A stretch of 64,000 bases of DNA, from contig NC_073402.1 in NCBI RefSeq assembly GCF_028641065.1, forward strand, positions 26,226,001 through 26,290,000, given 5' to 3'. The notes beneath the pieces are model-generated. The model did no database searches. It saw nothing but the letters and a program-made list of their open reading frames with translations, and was not told where the DNA came from. A program made the translations under genes and the position numbers. Numbering within the stretch: position 1 is the stretch's first letter; each line of letters begins with the position of its first letter. Below are positions 1 through 13,200 of this stretch, piece after piece. The DNA comes from Leucoraja erinacea. Lineage: Eukaryota.

Positions 1-216
1 CAGAGATACACCACTCTCTGTGTGAAAAATGTTTTTGCTCATCTCGGTCCTAAAAGATTTCCCCCTTATCCTTAAACTGTGACCCCTTGTTCTGGACTTC
101 TCCCAACATCGGGAACAATCTCCCTGCATCTAGCCTGTCCAACCACCTAAGAATTTTGTAAGTTTCTATAAGATCCCACCCCCCCTCAATCTTCTAAATT
201 CTAGCGAGTGCAAACC
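1..216 (-). mobile_element. CR1 3' fragment
   Basis: Nearly identical to 7760-7935. Confidence 0.85.
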
Positions 217-325
217 GACACTTTGTGCCTTCTTCTGAAGACATATCAGACTGGCTTCGAAGAGCGCGGTGATTGCATGCAGGCTGAAGGGAAAGTTGTG
301 AGCACACTAAACACAGGAGTTATTG

Positions 326-480
326 TTTAAGAAGGAACTGCAGATGCTGGAAAATCAAAGGTACACAAAAATGCTGGAGAAACTCAGCGGGCACAGCAGC
401 ATCTATGGAGCGAAGTACTTCGTACTTCGCTCCATAGATGCTGCTGCACCCGCTGAGTTTCTCCAGCATTTTTGTGTACC
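326..480. mobile_element. PLE-derived palindromic element, family P2
   Basis: Inverted-repeat arms. 12-bp TSD caggagttattg at 314-325 and 481-492. Confidence 0.8.
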
Positions 481-844
481 CAGGAGTTATTGCACTGCTT
501 TCTGTCACCAACCGCAGTGACGGTGAGGCATCCATCATTAGTTCACCAGCCTTGAACTAACGTGCCAGACACTAGATCAGCCTGCGATCTGGGTGCTGAG
601 AACGCCATAAATCTGGTGCAAATGACAGTCTACACGATGCCAGCTTTGGGGCACTGTGCTTCCCTGCGTTTCACTGAGCTGCCTCTCTGCTCAGCAGAGT
701 TTATTTTGTCCTTCTGCATCTCATAAACTTCAAAAAGTGCTCACACACACAGAAAAAGAGAATCTGTTTATTCAGACTCTGCTGCTGTTCTGCGATCCCA
801 CCACATGGCAAAAATGCACCAAATGACTCCGTTTTTTTTGTTGT

Positions 845-1152
845 TTGTTTAGTTTAGAGATACAGTGCAGAAACAGGCCCTTTTTGACCACCGAGTCCGC
901 ACTGACCAGCAATCCCTGCACACTAACATTGTCCTACAGACTAGGGACATTTCTAATTTTACCGAAGCCAATTAACCCTAAACATCTATGTCCTTGGTGT
1001 GTAGGAGGAAACCGGAGCACCTGGAGAAAACCCCCGCAGGTCCCGAGGGAGAACATGCAAACTCCATACAGCCAGCACCCGTAGTCAGGATCGAACACGG
1101 GTCTCTGGCGCTGTGAGGCAGCAACTCTACCGCTGCGCCACCGTGCCACCCC
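845..1152 (-). mobile_element. tRNA-derived V-SINE (HE1-like), full length
   Basis: A box (tggcgcagcggtagagt), B box (gttcgatcc), V-domain (gagtttgcatgttctccc...ggtttcctcc), tail ctgtatctctaaactaaa. Confidence 0.85.
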
Positions 1153-3291
1153 AACCCTTGGGGTCTACCCGTTAGTTACTGGCTCAAAACTAACGTGGGG
1201 GTACATCACTCCCAAATCCACCCAAAATAAAAAATCAACAGATGTGGGTAGTTAGGGGGGGAGGGTCTTTCAAGAGCCGAGAGTTTTTTTTTGTCAAACA
1301 GATGCACTGCCAATGAAACTAGTGAACGTTTCCCGTGAATCATTTTCCTCTTCATCATGTGGGACTTCTGGCTTTCAGCCGCAGTAATGTGGAGTAACCG
1401 TGGCCATCAATCTCCTTTCTTGAATGGGTTTGTGCTGTTCACAGATGTTGCCGCGGAGGCTATTTTTCACTTGGGTTACAGTTCTAATATTTTCATATCA
1501 TTTGCATCCAGCAAATAAACGCTACGACACAAGGGCCTTTATTTGAGCTCTGGGCTGTACAAAGGGGTGTTACAGTACGACTCGCCATCTGTATCTGTGC
1601 TCAGTCTTTGAGCAGGCCAATTAGATATGCGGCGGCAGACAGCCACTGTTTTATCTGGCCATAGAGTGGGCATTGTCAACTGAGCAGTGAGCATTTTTAA
1701 CATACTTCACCCCGAACCATTCTTTGAAGCTTCTCTGACCCTTCTTAAAGGGGAATTCTTATGGTGGGGGATTTAAGAATATTAATTGCTGAGGTTTCGA
1801 GTTTAGAGAGACAGCGCGGAAGCGGATCACGCCATACACTGAGGAAGGGTCTCGACCCGAGATGTCACCTGCTCCTTCTATCCAGAGATGCCACCTGTCC
1901 CGCTGAGTTACTCCAGCATTTTGTGTCTATCTTCACTATTACTATCCTACACACTGGGGACAATTTACGACCTTTACCAAAGCCAATTAAGCTACAAAAC
2001 TGCACGTCTTTGGAGTGTGGGAAGGAATCTGGAGAAAACCCACTCGGTCACAGGGAGAATGTACAAACTCTGTACAGACAGCGCCCGTAGTCAGGATCGA
2101 ATCTGAGTCTCTGGCTCTGTAAGGCAGCAACTCTACCACTGTGCCACCGTGCCACCCTATTTACATATGTGTATTTCTTATAAAGGGGCAGGATAAGATG
2201 ACATCGAGTGTATTAAATGCTGTTTCAAAATCCTTTAAACTGCAGATGCTGGTTTACACAACAGGGCACAAAGTGCTGGGGTAACTCAACAGGTCAGGCA
2301 GCATCTCTGGAGAACATAATAGTTGATTAGTCTGACGAAGGGCCCAGATCCGAAACTTCACCTATCCATGTTCGCCAGAGGTGGTGTCTGACCCGTTGAA
2401 TTTCTCCAGCATTTTGTGTCCTTTTTAAAAATTAATTTGTCGAATCTGTTTCTTCATTTGAGTGACTTTCAATTCCATAGGCCTTCACAATTCCCCTCTG
2501 CCTGCCCAGGTGGCGGATATTCATTGTAAAGCAAAAGGTCATGGACCCCCTGATAGTGACATGGAACTGATGTTTGGTACTGATGTTGGGCGGCACAGAC
2601 TCGGTGGGCCAAAGGTCCTGTATCCAAGATGTATCTGTAAAGTCTATATTCCAAAGTCTTTCAAATGCTGTTCTTGCACCTGCCTCAACTGGCAGCTCCT
2701 TCCACATACCCACCACAACTCACAAGAATGAAAACGTTGCCCCTCAGATGCCTCTTAAATCTTTCAACGTTCAGCATAAACCTATGCACAAGTCTTGCGA
2801 AGCACCAACGATTTGCCATGATTAGCTACATTACTGTGTTGGAAAGATATTTCATTGGGTGCCAACCACTCTACAATGTCCTAAGTTAATAAAAAGGTGC
2901 TATAAATATCCCAAGTTATTTGATACCAAACTATTAAGTGGTTAGACTCAACAACCCTGGCATATGGTTAATGCAACCTCACAATCCAAAGGAGAAAACC
3001 AGAGCTGGCGGAACTACAGCCAGACATAGAAACCATGCCTACAAAACAACTCAAGTTTGGTCGAATCACAATCGTTCTCTGAATGTTAAATATACAAGAA
3101 GAACAGGAATTGTTACAAGGAAATGTAACTGCACAGTGGCACAGCGGTAGAGTTGCTGCCTTACCACGCCAGAGACCCAGATTTGATCCTGACTATGGGT
3201 GCTGTCAGTACGGAGTTTGTACATTCTCCCTGTTTTCTTTGGGTGCTCCGGTTTCCTCCCACACTCCAAAGACGTGCAGGTTTGTAGGTTG

Positions 3292-3518
3292 TGTGTAGGA
3301 AGGAACTGCAGATGCTAGTTTACACCAAAGATAGACGCAAAATGCTGGAGTAACTCAGCGGGTCAGAAAGCATCTATGGATAGAAAGAACGGGTGACGTT
3401 TTGGGTCGAGACCCTTCTTCAGACTGAAGAAGGGTCTCGTCCAGAAATGCCACCCATTCCTTCTGTGCAGAGATGTTGTATGTCCTGCTGAGTTACACCA
3501 GCAATTTGTGTCTATTTT
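3292..3518. mobile_element. PLE-derived palindromic element, family P1, nested in a SINE
   Basis: Palindrome centred on cccttcttcagactgaagaaggg. TSD caggtttg(t/c)aggt at 3277-3289 and 3519-3531. Confidence 0.78.
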
Positions 3519-4320
3519 CAGGTTTGCAGGTGAATTGGCTTCCGTAAATTGTCCCTAGTGTGTGCAGGACATAGAACTAATAAATGGGTGATCATTGGTC
3601 CATGTGGACTTGCTGGGCCGAAGGGCCTGTTTCCACGCTAAAAGGGGAGACCCTTCTTCAGACTGTGCTGACGTTTTGGGTCGAGACTACTCTTCAGACC
3701 AAAGAAGGATCTCGACCCAAAACGTCGCCCATTCCTTCTCTCCAGAGATGCTGCCTGTCCGGCTGAGTTACTCCAGCATTGTGTGTCTGCCTGACATTAT
3801 TTAGATAGTGATTTCAATACCAAAGAGTGGCCACATCATCATTTCCCAGTGGATAGTGAGCTAGTGCTACTTGCCTGCTCATACCTCGCTCAGACAAGGA
3901 GAGCATGTGAGGAGTTGGCTGTAGCTTGATCAAAGAAGTGGGTTTGAAGGAGAATCTTGTTGGACAAGGGGAAAGTGCAGGGAATTAGGATGGGAACATC
4001 AGTGTGTGGAGCCTTGGCTGCTGAGTGTCAAACATGGGACAAACAGAAGAGGGGGATTGATGCCCTGATTAATGTATATGGAACTCTCTGGGATGGTTTG
4101 CTGTAGTGGCAGAGATAGGAGGATTTCAGTAGAACAGTTGAATTTTAGCCAGCATATATTGGGAGAAGGGGAAAATTGGCAAAGGTTGAATGATTTGCTG
4201 TGGGTTGAACCTGGGTCGTGGGACATTTGGAAGGCCTCAGCTCTACAAAGCAGGGTGATAGCCCAAACGTTGGAAGGCTGAGGCGGGCAGAGCTGGAGGA
4301 GGCTAAAGCGAAGGACAAGT

Positions 4321-4605
4321 GGCGGCGCGGCAGTAGAGTTGCTGCATTGCCCGGGTTCGATCCTGACTACGGGTTCTGTCTGTACGGAGTTTTTACGTTC
4401 TCCCCGTGACCACGTGGGTTTTCTCCAAGATCTTCCGCTTCCTCCCACAGTCCAAAGACGTACAGGTTTGCAAGTTAATTGGCTTGGTGTAATTGTTTTT
4501 AGTGTGTAGGATAGTGTTAATGTGTGGGGATCGCTGGTCAGAGCAGAATCGGTGGACCAAGGGGCCTGTTTTCGCGCTGTATCTATAAACTAAATTAAAC
4601 TAAAC
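4321..4605 (+). mobile_element. HE1-like V-SINE
   Basis: Same head, V-domain and tail. Confidence 0.85.
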
Positions 4606-5250
4606 ATGAAAGTGGTGACAGAAGCAGACAGGGTAATGAAGGATGTGTTAGGTGTGCTTACCTTCAATGGTCAGGGTATCGAGTACAGCAGTTGAGACGC
4701 CATGTTAACATGTACATGACGTTGGTAAGGCCACATGTGGAGTACTGTGCACAGTTGTGCTCGCCCTGCTATAGGAAACATGCCATTAAAGGGCGCAAAA
4801 AAGACTTACGAAGATTTTATCAGGTCTGGATGTTTTAACTAAGAAGGAGAGGATGGATAGGCAGTGCCTACTTTCCACTGGAGCGGTGGAGGCTGAGGGA
4901 CGATCTTTTACAAGTATATAAAACCAGGAGTGACATAGATAAAGTGAATATCTATTTTTTCTCCCTAGGGCAGGAGAGTCTTAAACCAGGAGGGTAATAT
5001 TTAAAAGGGACCCGCAAGACAACTTCTTTGCTCAAAGGATGGTGCATGTATGGATCGAGCTGCCAGAGGAAGCAATAGGGGTGGATACAATTATGACATT
5101 TAAAAGACACCTGGGCGGGTACATGGACAGGAAAGGTATGGAGTATTATGGGCCAGACGCAGGCAAGTGGGACTAGCTAAATTAGGCAACTGGGTTGCCA
5201 TGGACGAGTTGGGCTGAAGGGCCTGTTTCCATGTTGTGTAACTCTGACTC
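4605..5250 (+). mobile_element. Old degraded CR1 3' fragment
   Basis: Remnant of LVRPHVEYCAQL, and tail gttgggctgaagggcctgtttccatg. Confidence 0.75.
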
Positions 5251-5937
5251 GGTGGTCAGAAGATAATCTTGGCTAGCATAATCTCGTTTTATCTGTAGTG
5301 GTGGTGGTGGTGGGGGAATAGAGGCAAGAAAATGATGGATAGTTCATAAGTTATAGGAGCAGAACCAGGCCATCAAGTCTAAACCATTCAATCATAGTTG
5401 ATCTATCTCTCCTTCTCAACCCCTTTCTCCTGTGTTATTTCCATAACCCCCGACACCCGCACTAATCAAGATAGGGGTCACATTCCTTTTGGATGGGAAG
5501 AAATTAAACACCTTTCATCGCTAATGCTTACATTAAAAACAACATTGATCAACGTATACTTTTTGTAATCTCTACCATCTGAATGAAAAAACATTGGGTT
5601 GCTTCTCCGAGGCCACAAAACTAACCCTGTTTAAATCATGTACTGATTGCAGTTGGCAATGTGAACTGGTTGCTAATTTGAAAGGGCTCTCCATTTAGTT
5701 CCACTTCCCACACCTTTCCCAAAGTCCTGAACATTTCTACTCTTTGAAAGTCATTGATGTATTTGATGTCACCATCCCCATGGCCAGCATGTTTCCAAAT
5801 GCTATAATAGGATCTAATCCTGCAACCACTACAGGTGCTGTCTGTGTGGAGTTTGTACGCACTCCCTGTAACCACGTGGGTTTTCTCTGGGTGCTCCCGT
5901 TTCCTCCCACATTCCAAAGACCAACATGTTTGTAGGT

Positions 5938-6118
5938 TAGACAAAAGTGCTGGAGAAACTCAGCGGGTGCGGCAGCATCAATGGAGCGAAGGAAATAGGT
6001 AACGTTTCGGGCCGAAACGTTGCCTATTTCCTTCGTTCCATAGATGCTGCCGCACCCGCTGAGTTTCTCCAGCACTTTTGTCTACCTTCAATTTTTCAGC
6101 ATCTGCAGTTCCTTCTTG
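5938..6118. mobile_element. PLE-derived palindromic element, family P2, nested in a SINE
   Basis: Palindrome centred on aacgtttcgggccgaaacgtt. Imperfect TSD aacatgtttgtaggtta / aacatgttttggaggtta. Confidence 0.8.
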
Positions 6119-6140
6119 AACATGTTTTGGAGGTTAATTG

Positions 6141-6263
6141 TGTAGGTAGGAACTGCAGATAGACCGAAGATAGACACAAAGTTCTGAAGTAACTCAGCGG
6201 GACAGGCCACATCTCTGGAGATGTTTCCAGGGTGACGTTTCAGGTCGAGACCCTTCATCAGAC
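6141..6263 (-). mobile_element. P1 arm with intact hammerhead-like core at 6234-6261
   Basis: Minus strand reads CTGATGA A GGGT-CTCG-ACCT GAAAC GTC ACC. Confidence 0.7.
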
Positions 6264-7546
6264 TCGATTGTAATTAGCTTCTGTAAATCGCTCCAAGTGT
6301 GCAGGTTATAAAAAAAGGGATAACAGAGAATTAGTGTACGGGTGATTGATGTTTGCCGTAGACTCGGTGGGCTGAGAAGCCTGTTTCCACGCTGTATCTC
6401 TGAACTAAACCAGGTCCTATGATCAGCAGAGAAATAATTTACCCATTAAGACTATTTTAGATGCTGTCTGCTGAACAGAAGTTTCCAACTGAAACTACGT
6501 ATTCTTCTTGAATGGTTCCAACGAGGGATTATCGGGCAGTTGAGGGACAGTACCTCCAAAACGCAACACTCCTTTGGTATAAGCTTATAATGTTGCAAAG
6601 CCTAATCATTAGCTCCAAGCCCAAGAGCTGAAATCAAAATTAATTAAATAACCAGGAGATAGTTGAGGCAGGCACTATCACAACGTTTCATAAACAATTA
6701 GACAGGTACATGGACAGGACGGGTTTGGAAGGATATGGGCCAAAAGCAGGCATGGGACTCGTGTAGCTAGAACATATTGGCCAGTGTGGGCAAGTTGGGC
6801 CAAAGGGCTTGTTTCCACACTGTATGACCCACTGTATGACTCTATGAATCTATAACCATGGTGCATACACACGTTTGTTTATGAACCTTCCGCCCTGCTT
6901 CAACTGAGTTCTGGTGGCACATGGAACTGCAGATGCTGGAAACTTGAGCAAAACAAAGTGCTGGAGGAACTCAGCGGGTCAGACAGCTTCTGGGGAGGTG
7001 ATGTTTCAGGTCGGACCTTCACACTGATGGAGCATGGGGGGAAAAGCTGGAAAAGATAGTTTTCCGCTCTTTGTACGTATTTACCAATACTATAAATGCA
7101 TCAAGGTTATTTTGATCTACAACCTCCTGTGATAATAAGTTCCATCTTACCAAACAGTTTTTTCCTCAATACCTCATTGGATTTCTTGGTACCCACCTTA
7201 CTTCTGCTCCAGTCCAAAGGAGAAATGCTGTCTCTATTTTTATTCTGGCACATTCTCAAATGACCTGCTGCCCTCAGCCTTCTTTGCCTTTCCTAAGTTA
7301 CATCAATGCCCACTACAATGGCTGATAGTAGAGCACTCTTCATCCAATTCTCTCAGGACTTCTCACTCACCATAAAATGACTGTGTTTCTCGTGTTTGCA
7401 GCAAATTTAGATTATTCCAATTCAACTTGTAGCTTCTTAATGTGAAGAGAAATCACACCCTGAAAAGATAATATGGTTCAAGAACCATATCATCATCAAA
7501 GACACACACCACCCTGGCCACGCTCTCATTTCACTCCTGCCATTGG

Positions 7547-9625
7547 GAAACATAGAGAAATTAGGTGCAGGAGTAGGCCATTCGGCCCTTCGAGCCTGCA
7601 CCGCCATTCAATATGATCATGGCTGATCATCCAACTCGGTATCCCGTACCTGCCTTCTCTCCATACCCTCTGATCCCCTTAGCCACAAGGGCCACATCTA
7701 ACTCCCTCTTAAATATAGCCAATGAACTGGCCTCAACTACCCTCTGTGGCAGAGAGTTCCAGAGATTCAAAAAGGTTTTTCTCATCTCGGTTTTAAAGGA
7801 TTTCCCCCTTACCCGTAAGCTGTGACCCCTTGTCATGGACTTCCCCAACATTGGGAACAATCTTCCTGCATCTAGCCTGTCCAACCCCTTAAGAATTTTG
7901 TAAGTTTCTATAAAATCCTAAATTCTAGAGAGTATATACCAAGTCTATCCAGTCTTTCTTCATAAGACAGTCCTGACATCCCAGGAATCAGTCTGGTGAA
8001 CCTTCTCTGCAATCCCTCCATGGCAATAATGTCCTTCCTCAGATTTGGAGACCAAAACTGTACGCAATACTCCAGGTGTGGTCTCACCAAGACCCTGCAC
8101 AACTGCAGTAGAACCTCCCTGCTCCTATACTCAAATCCTTTTGCTATGAAAGCTAACATACCATTTGCTTTCTTCACTGCCTGCTGCACCTGCATGCCTA
8201 CTTTCAATGACTGGTGTACCATGACACCCAGGTCTCGTTGCATCTCCGCTTTTCCTAATCGGCCACCATTTAGATAATAGTCTGCTTTCCTGTTTTTGCC
8301 ACCAAAATGGATCTGCCAAACAATTGCCCACTCACCCAGCCTATCCAAGTCACCTTGCAGTCTCCTAGCCTCCTCCTCACAGCTAACACTGCCCCCCAGC
8401 TTAGTGTCATCCGCAAACTTGGAGACATTGCCTTCAATTCCCTCATCCAGATCATTAATATATATTGTAAATAGCTGGGGTCCCAGCACTGAGCCTTGAG
8501 GTACCCCACTAGTCACTGCCCGCCATTGTGAAAAGGACCCGTTTACTCCTACTCTTTGCTTCCTGTTTGCCAGCCAGTTCTCTATCCACATCAATACTGA
8601 ACCCCCAATGCCGTGTGCTTTAAGTTTGTATACTAATCTCTTATGTGGGACCTTGTCGAAAGCCTTCTGGAAGTCCAGATACACCACATCCACTGGTTCT
8701 CCCCTATCCACGCTACTAGTTACATCCTCGAAAAATTCTGTCAGATTCATCAGACATGATTTAACTTTCATAAATCCATGCTGACTTTGTCCAATGATTT
8801 CACCACTTTCCAAATGTGCTGCTATCCCATTTTTAATAACTGACTCTAGCAGTTTCCCCACTACCGATGTTAGACTAACTGGTCTGTAATTCCCCGTTTT
8901 CTCTCTCCCTCCCTTCTTAAAAAGTGGGGTTACATTTGCTACCCGCCAATCCATTATTACTAATGCATCCACTATTTCTGGAGCTACTTCCTTAAGTACT
9001 CTGGGATGCAGCCTATCTGGCCCTGGGGATTTATCGGCCTTTAATCCATTCAATTTACCCAACACCACTTCCCGGCTAACCTGGATTTCACTCAATTCCT
9101 CCAACTCCTTTGACCCGCGGTCCCCCTGCTATTTCCAGCAGATTATTTATGTCTTCCCTAGTGAAGACGGAACCAAAGTAGTTATTCAATTGGTCTGCCA
9201 TATCCTTGTTCCCCATGATCAACTCACCTGTTTCTGACTCCAAGGGACCTACATTTCTTTTAACTAATCTCTTTCTTTTCACATATCTATAAAAACTTCA
9301 GTTTTTATGTTCCCTGCCAGTTTTCTTTCATAATCTATTTTTTCTTTCCTAATTAAGCCCTTTGTCCTCCTCTGCTGGTCTCTGAATTTCTCCCAGTCCT
9401 CTGGTATGCTGCTTTTTCTGGCTAATTTGTACGCATCATCCTTCGCTTTGATACTATCCCTGATTTCCCTTGTTATCCACAGATGCACTACCTTCCCCGA
9501 TTTATTCTTTTGCCAAACTGGGATGAACAATTTTGTAGTTTATCTATGCAGTCTTTAAATGTCTTCCATCGCATATCCACCGTCAACCCTTTTAGAATTA
9601 ATTGCCAGTCAATCTGGCAATCTGG
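7547..9625 (-). mobile_element. CR1-clade (HER1-like) LINE, 5'-truncated, with RT domain
   Basis: ORF 7908-9104 contains KSPGPD, NYRPVSLTS, QHGF, YLDFQKAFDKV, GVPQGSVLGP and KFADDTK. The upstream part is frameshifted. The 3' end reads ctactcctgcacctaat..ctatg. Confidence 0.92.
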
Positions 9626-9828
9626 CAATTGCCTGGCAATCTGGGAAGATGATAAACTGTAACATTCAGGTTCAACAACAGCTTCTTCTCTGCAGCCACT
9701 AGGCTATTAAACACTACAGCTTGAAAACAACTCTGAAACCTAACTCTGAACTACCTTTTGACTCTGCATAGAGCATTGGTTTGTGTCTCTGCATTGTGTG
9801 TATATATATATATTATATACCTTATTAT

Positions 9829-10037
9829 NNNNNNNNNNNNNNNNNNNNNNNNNNNNNNNNNNNNNNNNNNNNNNNNNNNNNNNNNNNNNNNNNNNNNNNN
9901 NNNNNNNNNNNNNNNNNNNNNNNNNNNNNNNNNNNNNNNNNNNNNNNNNNNNNNNNNNNNNNNNNNNNNNNNNNNNNNNNNNNNNNNNNNNNNNNNNNNN
10001 NNNNNNNNNNNNNNNNNNNNNNNNNNNNNNNNNNNNN
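9829..10037. other. Assembly gap (N run)
   Basis: N run flanked by TA-rich microsatellite. Confidence 0.99.
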
Positions 10038-10191
10038 TATATATTTATATATTCATTTAAAACTTTTCTTCCATTTATTATAATGTTTATAGAGTACCAT
10101 GTTTACATATTCTGTTGTGCTGCTGCAAGTAAGAATTTGATTGTTCTGTTTGGGACATAGGACAATAAAACACTCTTGACTCTTAAGGACC

Positions 10192-10240
10192 ATAGATGCT
10201 GCTGCACCCGCTGAGTTTCTCCAGCAATTTTGTGTACCTA
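10192..10240 (+). mobile_element. Very short P2 insertion
   Basis: 14-bp TSD gactcttaaggacc at 10178-10191 and 10241-10254. Confidence 0.75.
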
Positions 10241-13200
10241 GACTCTTAAGGACCTCTACATTATTTAGAGTATTGGAAAGAAAGGCTCCAACATTAACCC
10301 TGGAGCTCAGTTTCCAACCTAAACATTAAGCATTCAACTTATTTTACAGTGAAAGCTTGAAGAGATTTCAATTCTTCAAGGAGTTACAACAAAAAACAGG
10401 AGAAAGTAGGTGAAGATGTTTGTCAAAGGTGCCAACTTGTAATACGTTTAACTGGTATGTTTACAGGAACAACCCTGTGGTTCTGTTTTAGGTGTTTTCC
10501 GCTTGTTGAACTGAGAAACAGTTGCCACACCTGTAACTGTCGATGAAGTACCAGATTGTTTGAAAAACTGTTTATCCTTAAAGAATATATATATTTGAAT
10601 AGTACAGCACAGAGGACAATTAAACCTATTGTGCATGTACTAACTCTTTCAGGGAGCAAACCAATTTGTTCTGCTCTACATTAATTTGCCTTAGTCCTGC
10701 ATATTAAGTATCCCACCTCAAGCATTCACCCAGGTCCCTTTTATCTGAGGCACATGGGATGCTTGGCCACGCATGAAATAATGAGCTGGGATGTTTACAT
10801 TATAGTTTTATAAAATGGGTTAGGAAACAAAAAGACACAACTCAGGTCAGGCAGCATCGCTGGAGAACATGGATAGGTGATGTTTCTGATCAGAACCTGT
10901 TGAGCTTAGTTTAGTTTAGAGATACATCGTGGAAACAGCCCATCAAGTCCATGCTGACCAGTGATCACCCCGTTACACTAGCACTATCCAACACACTAGG
11001 ACTATCCAACACACTAGGGACAATTTACAATTTTACCAAAGCCAATTAACCTACAAACCTGTAGGTTATATGGAGATGCTGGAAAGACAGGGTTTGTTTT
11101 CCCTTGGGTATGGGGGCAAACGACCTGATAAGATTAGGAAGACGGCAAAGCAATGGAGCTGCTGCCTTACAGCGGCAGAGACCTGGGTTGGATCCTGACT
11201 ACAAATTATGCCCGTGACTGTGTGGGTTTTCTCCGGGCGCTCCAAATTCCTCCCACACTCCAAAGATGTAGAGGTTTATGGGTTAATTTAGCTTCTGTAA
11301 ATTGTAAATTATCCACGGTGTGTAGGGTAGCATTAGTGTACCAGTATCGCTGGGCAGAGTGGACTCGAGGGGCCTGCTTCCGTGCTGTGTCTCCAAACTA
11401 AACTTTCTCTACCATATTCTCCTTGCTCCAAATAATTAAATTTACACCAGTTGGGGACGATAGTGGTCATTTTTCAGATGGTCGCAATGCATAGTTCAGA
11501 ATACTAGCGTGCGGAGATGGGAAAGGGTTGCAGGGACGGTGTGGAAGATTACAGACCCTTGCCCAATCTGTATATTCCAAGAAATGCCGTAGTTTTAAGG
11601 CTTGCTTTCAGATAGACCCTCGGGAATCTCCACATGTTCAGGCTGTAAATGTGGAATGCTCTTAAACAAACTCTCACTGTAAGGCCATCTGCAAGCAATC
11701 ATATCCGACCTAAAGACTGCACACTTTTAAGAGAAAGCAGTAACACTGCACACAACACATTCCACGTGGTCTGTGGAGTAACAATCTTGCCAGCAATTAA
11801 TAAAGCTTCTTTGTGGAGCAGAGCTCAGTGCTCTCATTCTGTGTTCCTTAATTACGCTGTAGCCACAGCAGAGTCACCTCCGCTCGGGAAGAGACCCAGC
11901 CAAAAGTCTGGTGTTTGACATCCCTCCTGAATCCCACAATAAATTATTACATTCGCGCAAATCTGAAGTGCTTGGCTCTGTGGAACATAGATGCCACTGC
12001 AATTCTTCCTACCTGCCGTTTAATTATTAATTTAATTTGGGCGGTATGGTGGCGCAGCGGTTGAGTTGCTGCCTTACAGTGCTTAGAGTATAAGAGACCC
12101 AGGTTCGATCCCGACTACGGGTGCTGTCTGTACGTTCTCCCCGTGACCTGCCTGGATTTTCTCCGAGATCTTCAGTTTCCTCCCAGACTCCAAAGGTTTG
12201 TAGGTTAATTGGCTTGGTATAAATGTAAAGACTGTCACTCATAGTGTTAATGAGTGTGTGGGATAGTGTTATTATGCGGGAATCTAAATCTAAACTACTT
12301 GCTTCAACGAAAGAACATTTATTAATATTAAGCACAATTAAAGATAAAGTCATAGTCATACGGCGGGGATACAGGCCCTGCCGCCCAACTTGCTCTCACA
12401 AAGAAGGGTCTCGACCCAAAACATCACCCATTCCTTCTCTCCAGAGATGCTGCCTGTCCTGCTTAGTTACTCCAGCTTTTTGTGACAGTCTTCAGTTTAA
12501 ACCAGCATCTGCAGTTCCTTCTTACACATGTTCCATCTACACAGGTCCCACCTGCCTGCATTTGACCCATATCACTCTAAACCTGTCCTATCCATGTACC
12601 TGTCTAATTTTTTCTTAAACGTTGCAATAGTCCCTGCCTCAACTACCCCTAAGGGGACAAGGAGAACCTTATCTGCTGTTGCTTATCCTTCAGACAGCTC
12701 CAAAGTGTTATCGTCTGAAGCTGGGCTGCCTCATCATGCTAAAGTGTTTCTAAACACGCATCTAGGAAGCACGCAATGACCATGAGGCTTGCACGGACTA
12801 GTTTATTGACATAATGGGATCGAGCAGGTGCCTTCATAGTCTCATAATATAGAGCTATTTATAAAACTTACCAGGGATTACTCTGAAGCAGGAATGTTGT
12901 CACTGAATTTACCACAGTTTAGTTTAGTTTAGAGATACAGCATGGAAACAGGCTCTGACAAATCTTTTTACGAGACCAAATATGTAACTGTCCTCAAAAC
13001 AGTCTGTGTAGACTTTACTTTAGAGACTTTAGAGATACAACGTTGAAACAGGCGCTTCAGCCCAGAGTCTGCGTTGACCAGCGATCGCCCTGTGCACTAA
13101 CACGATTCAACACACTAGGGACAAATTACAATTTTACCAAAGTAAATTACCTGTATGTCTTTGGATTGTGGGAGGAAACTAAAACACCCAGAGAAAACCC

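Noticed and set aside
7908-9104. 398-aa RT ORF as a domesticated or active gene
   Set aside because: It is 5'-truncated, lacks the endonuclease, is frameshifted upstream and is internally deleted, so it is an ordinary dead CR1 copy.
10423-10659. Unique ORF-like stretch as the next HIVEP3 exon
   Set aside because: It lacks the expected YKSNEEYVYVRGRGRG and zinc-finger sequence, and has no convincing donor.
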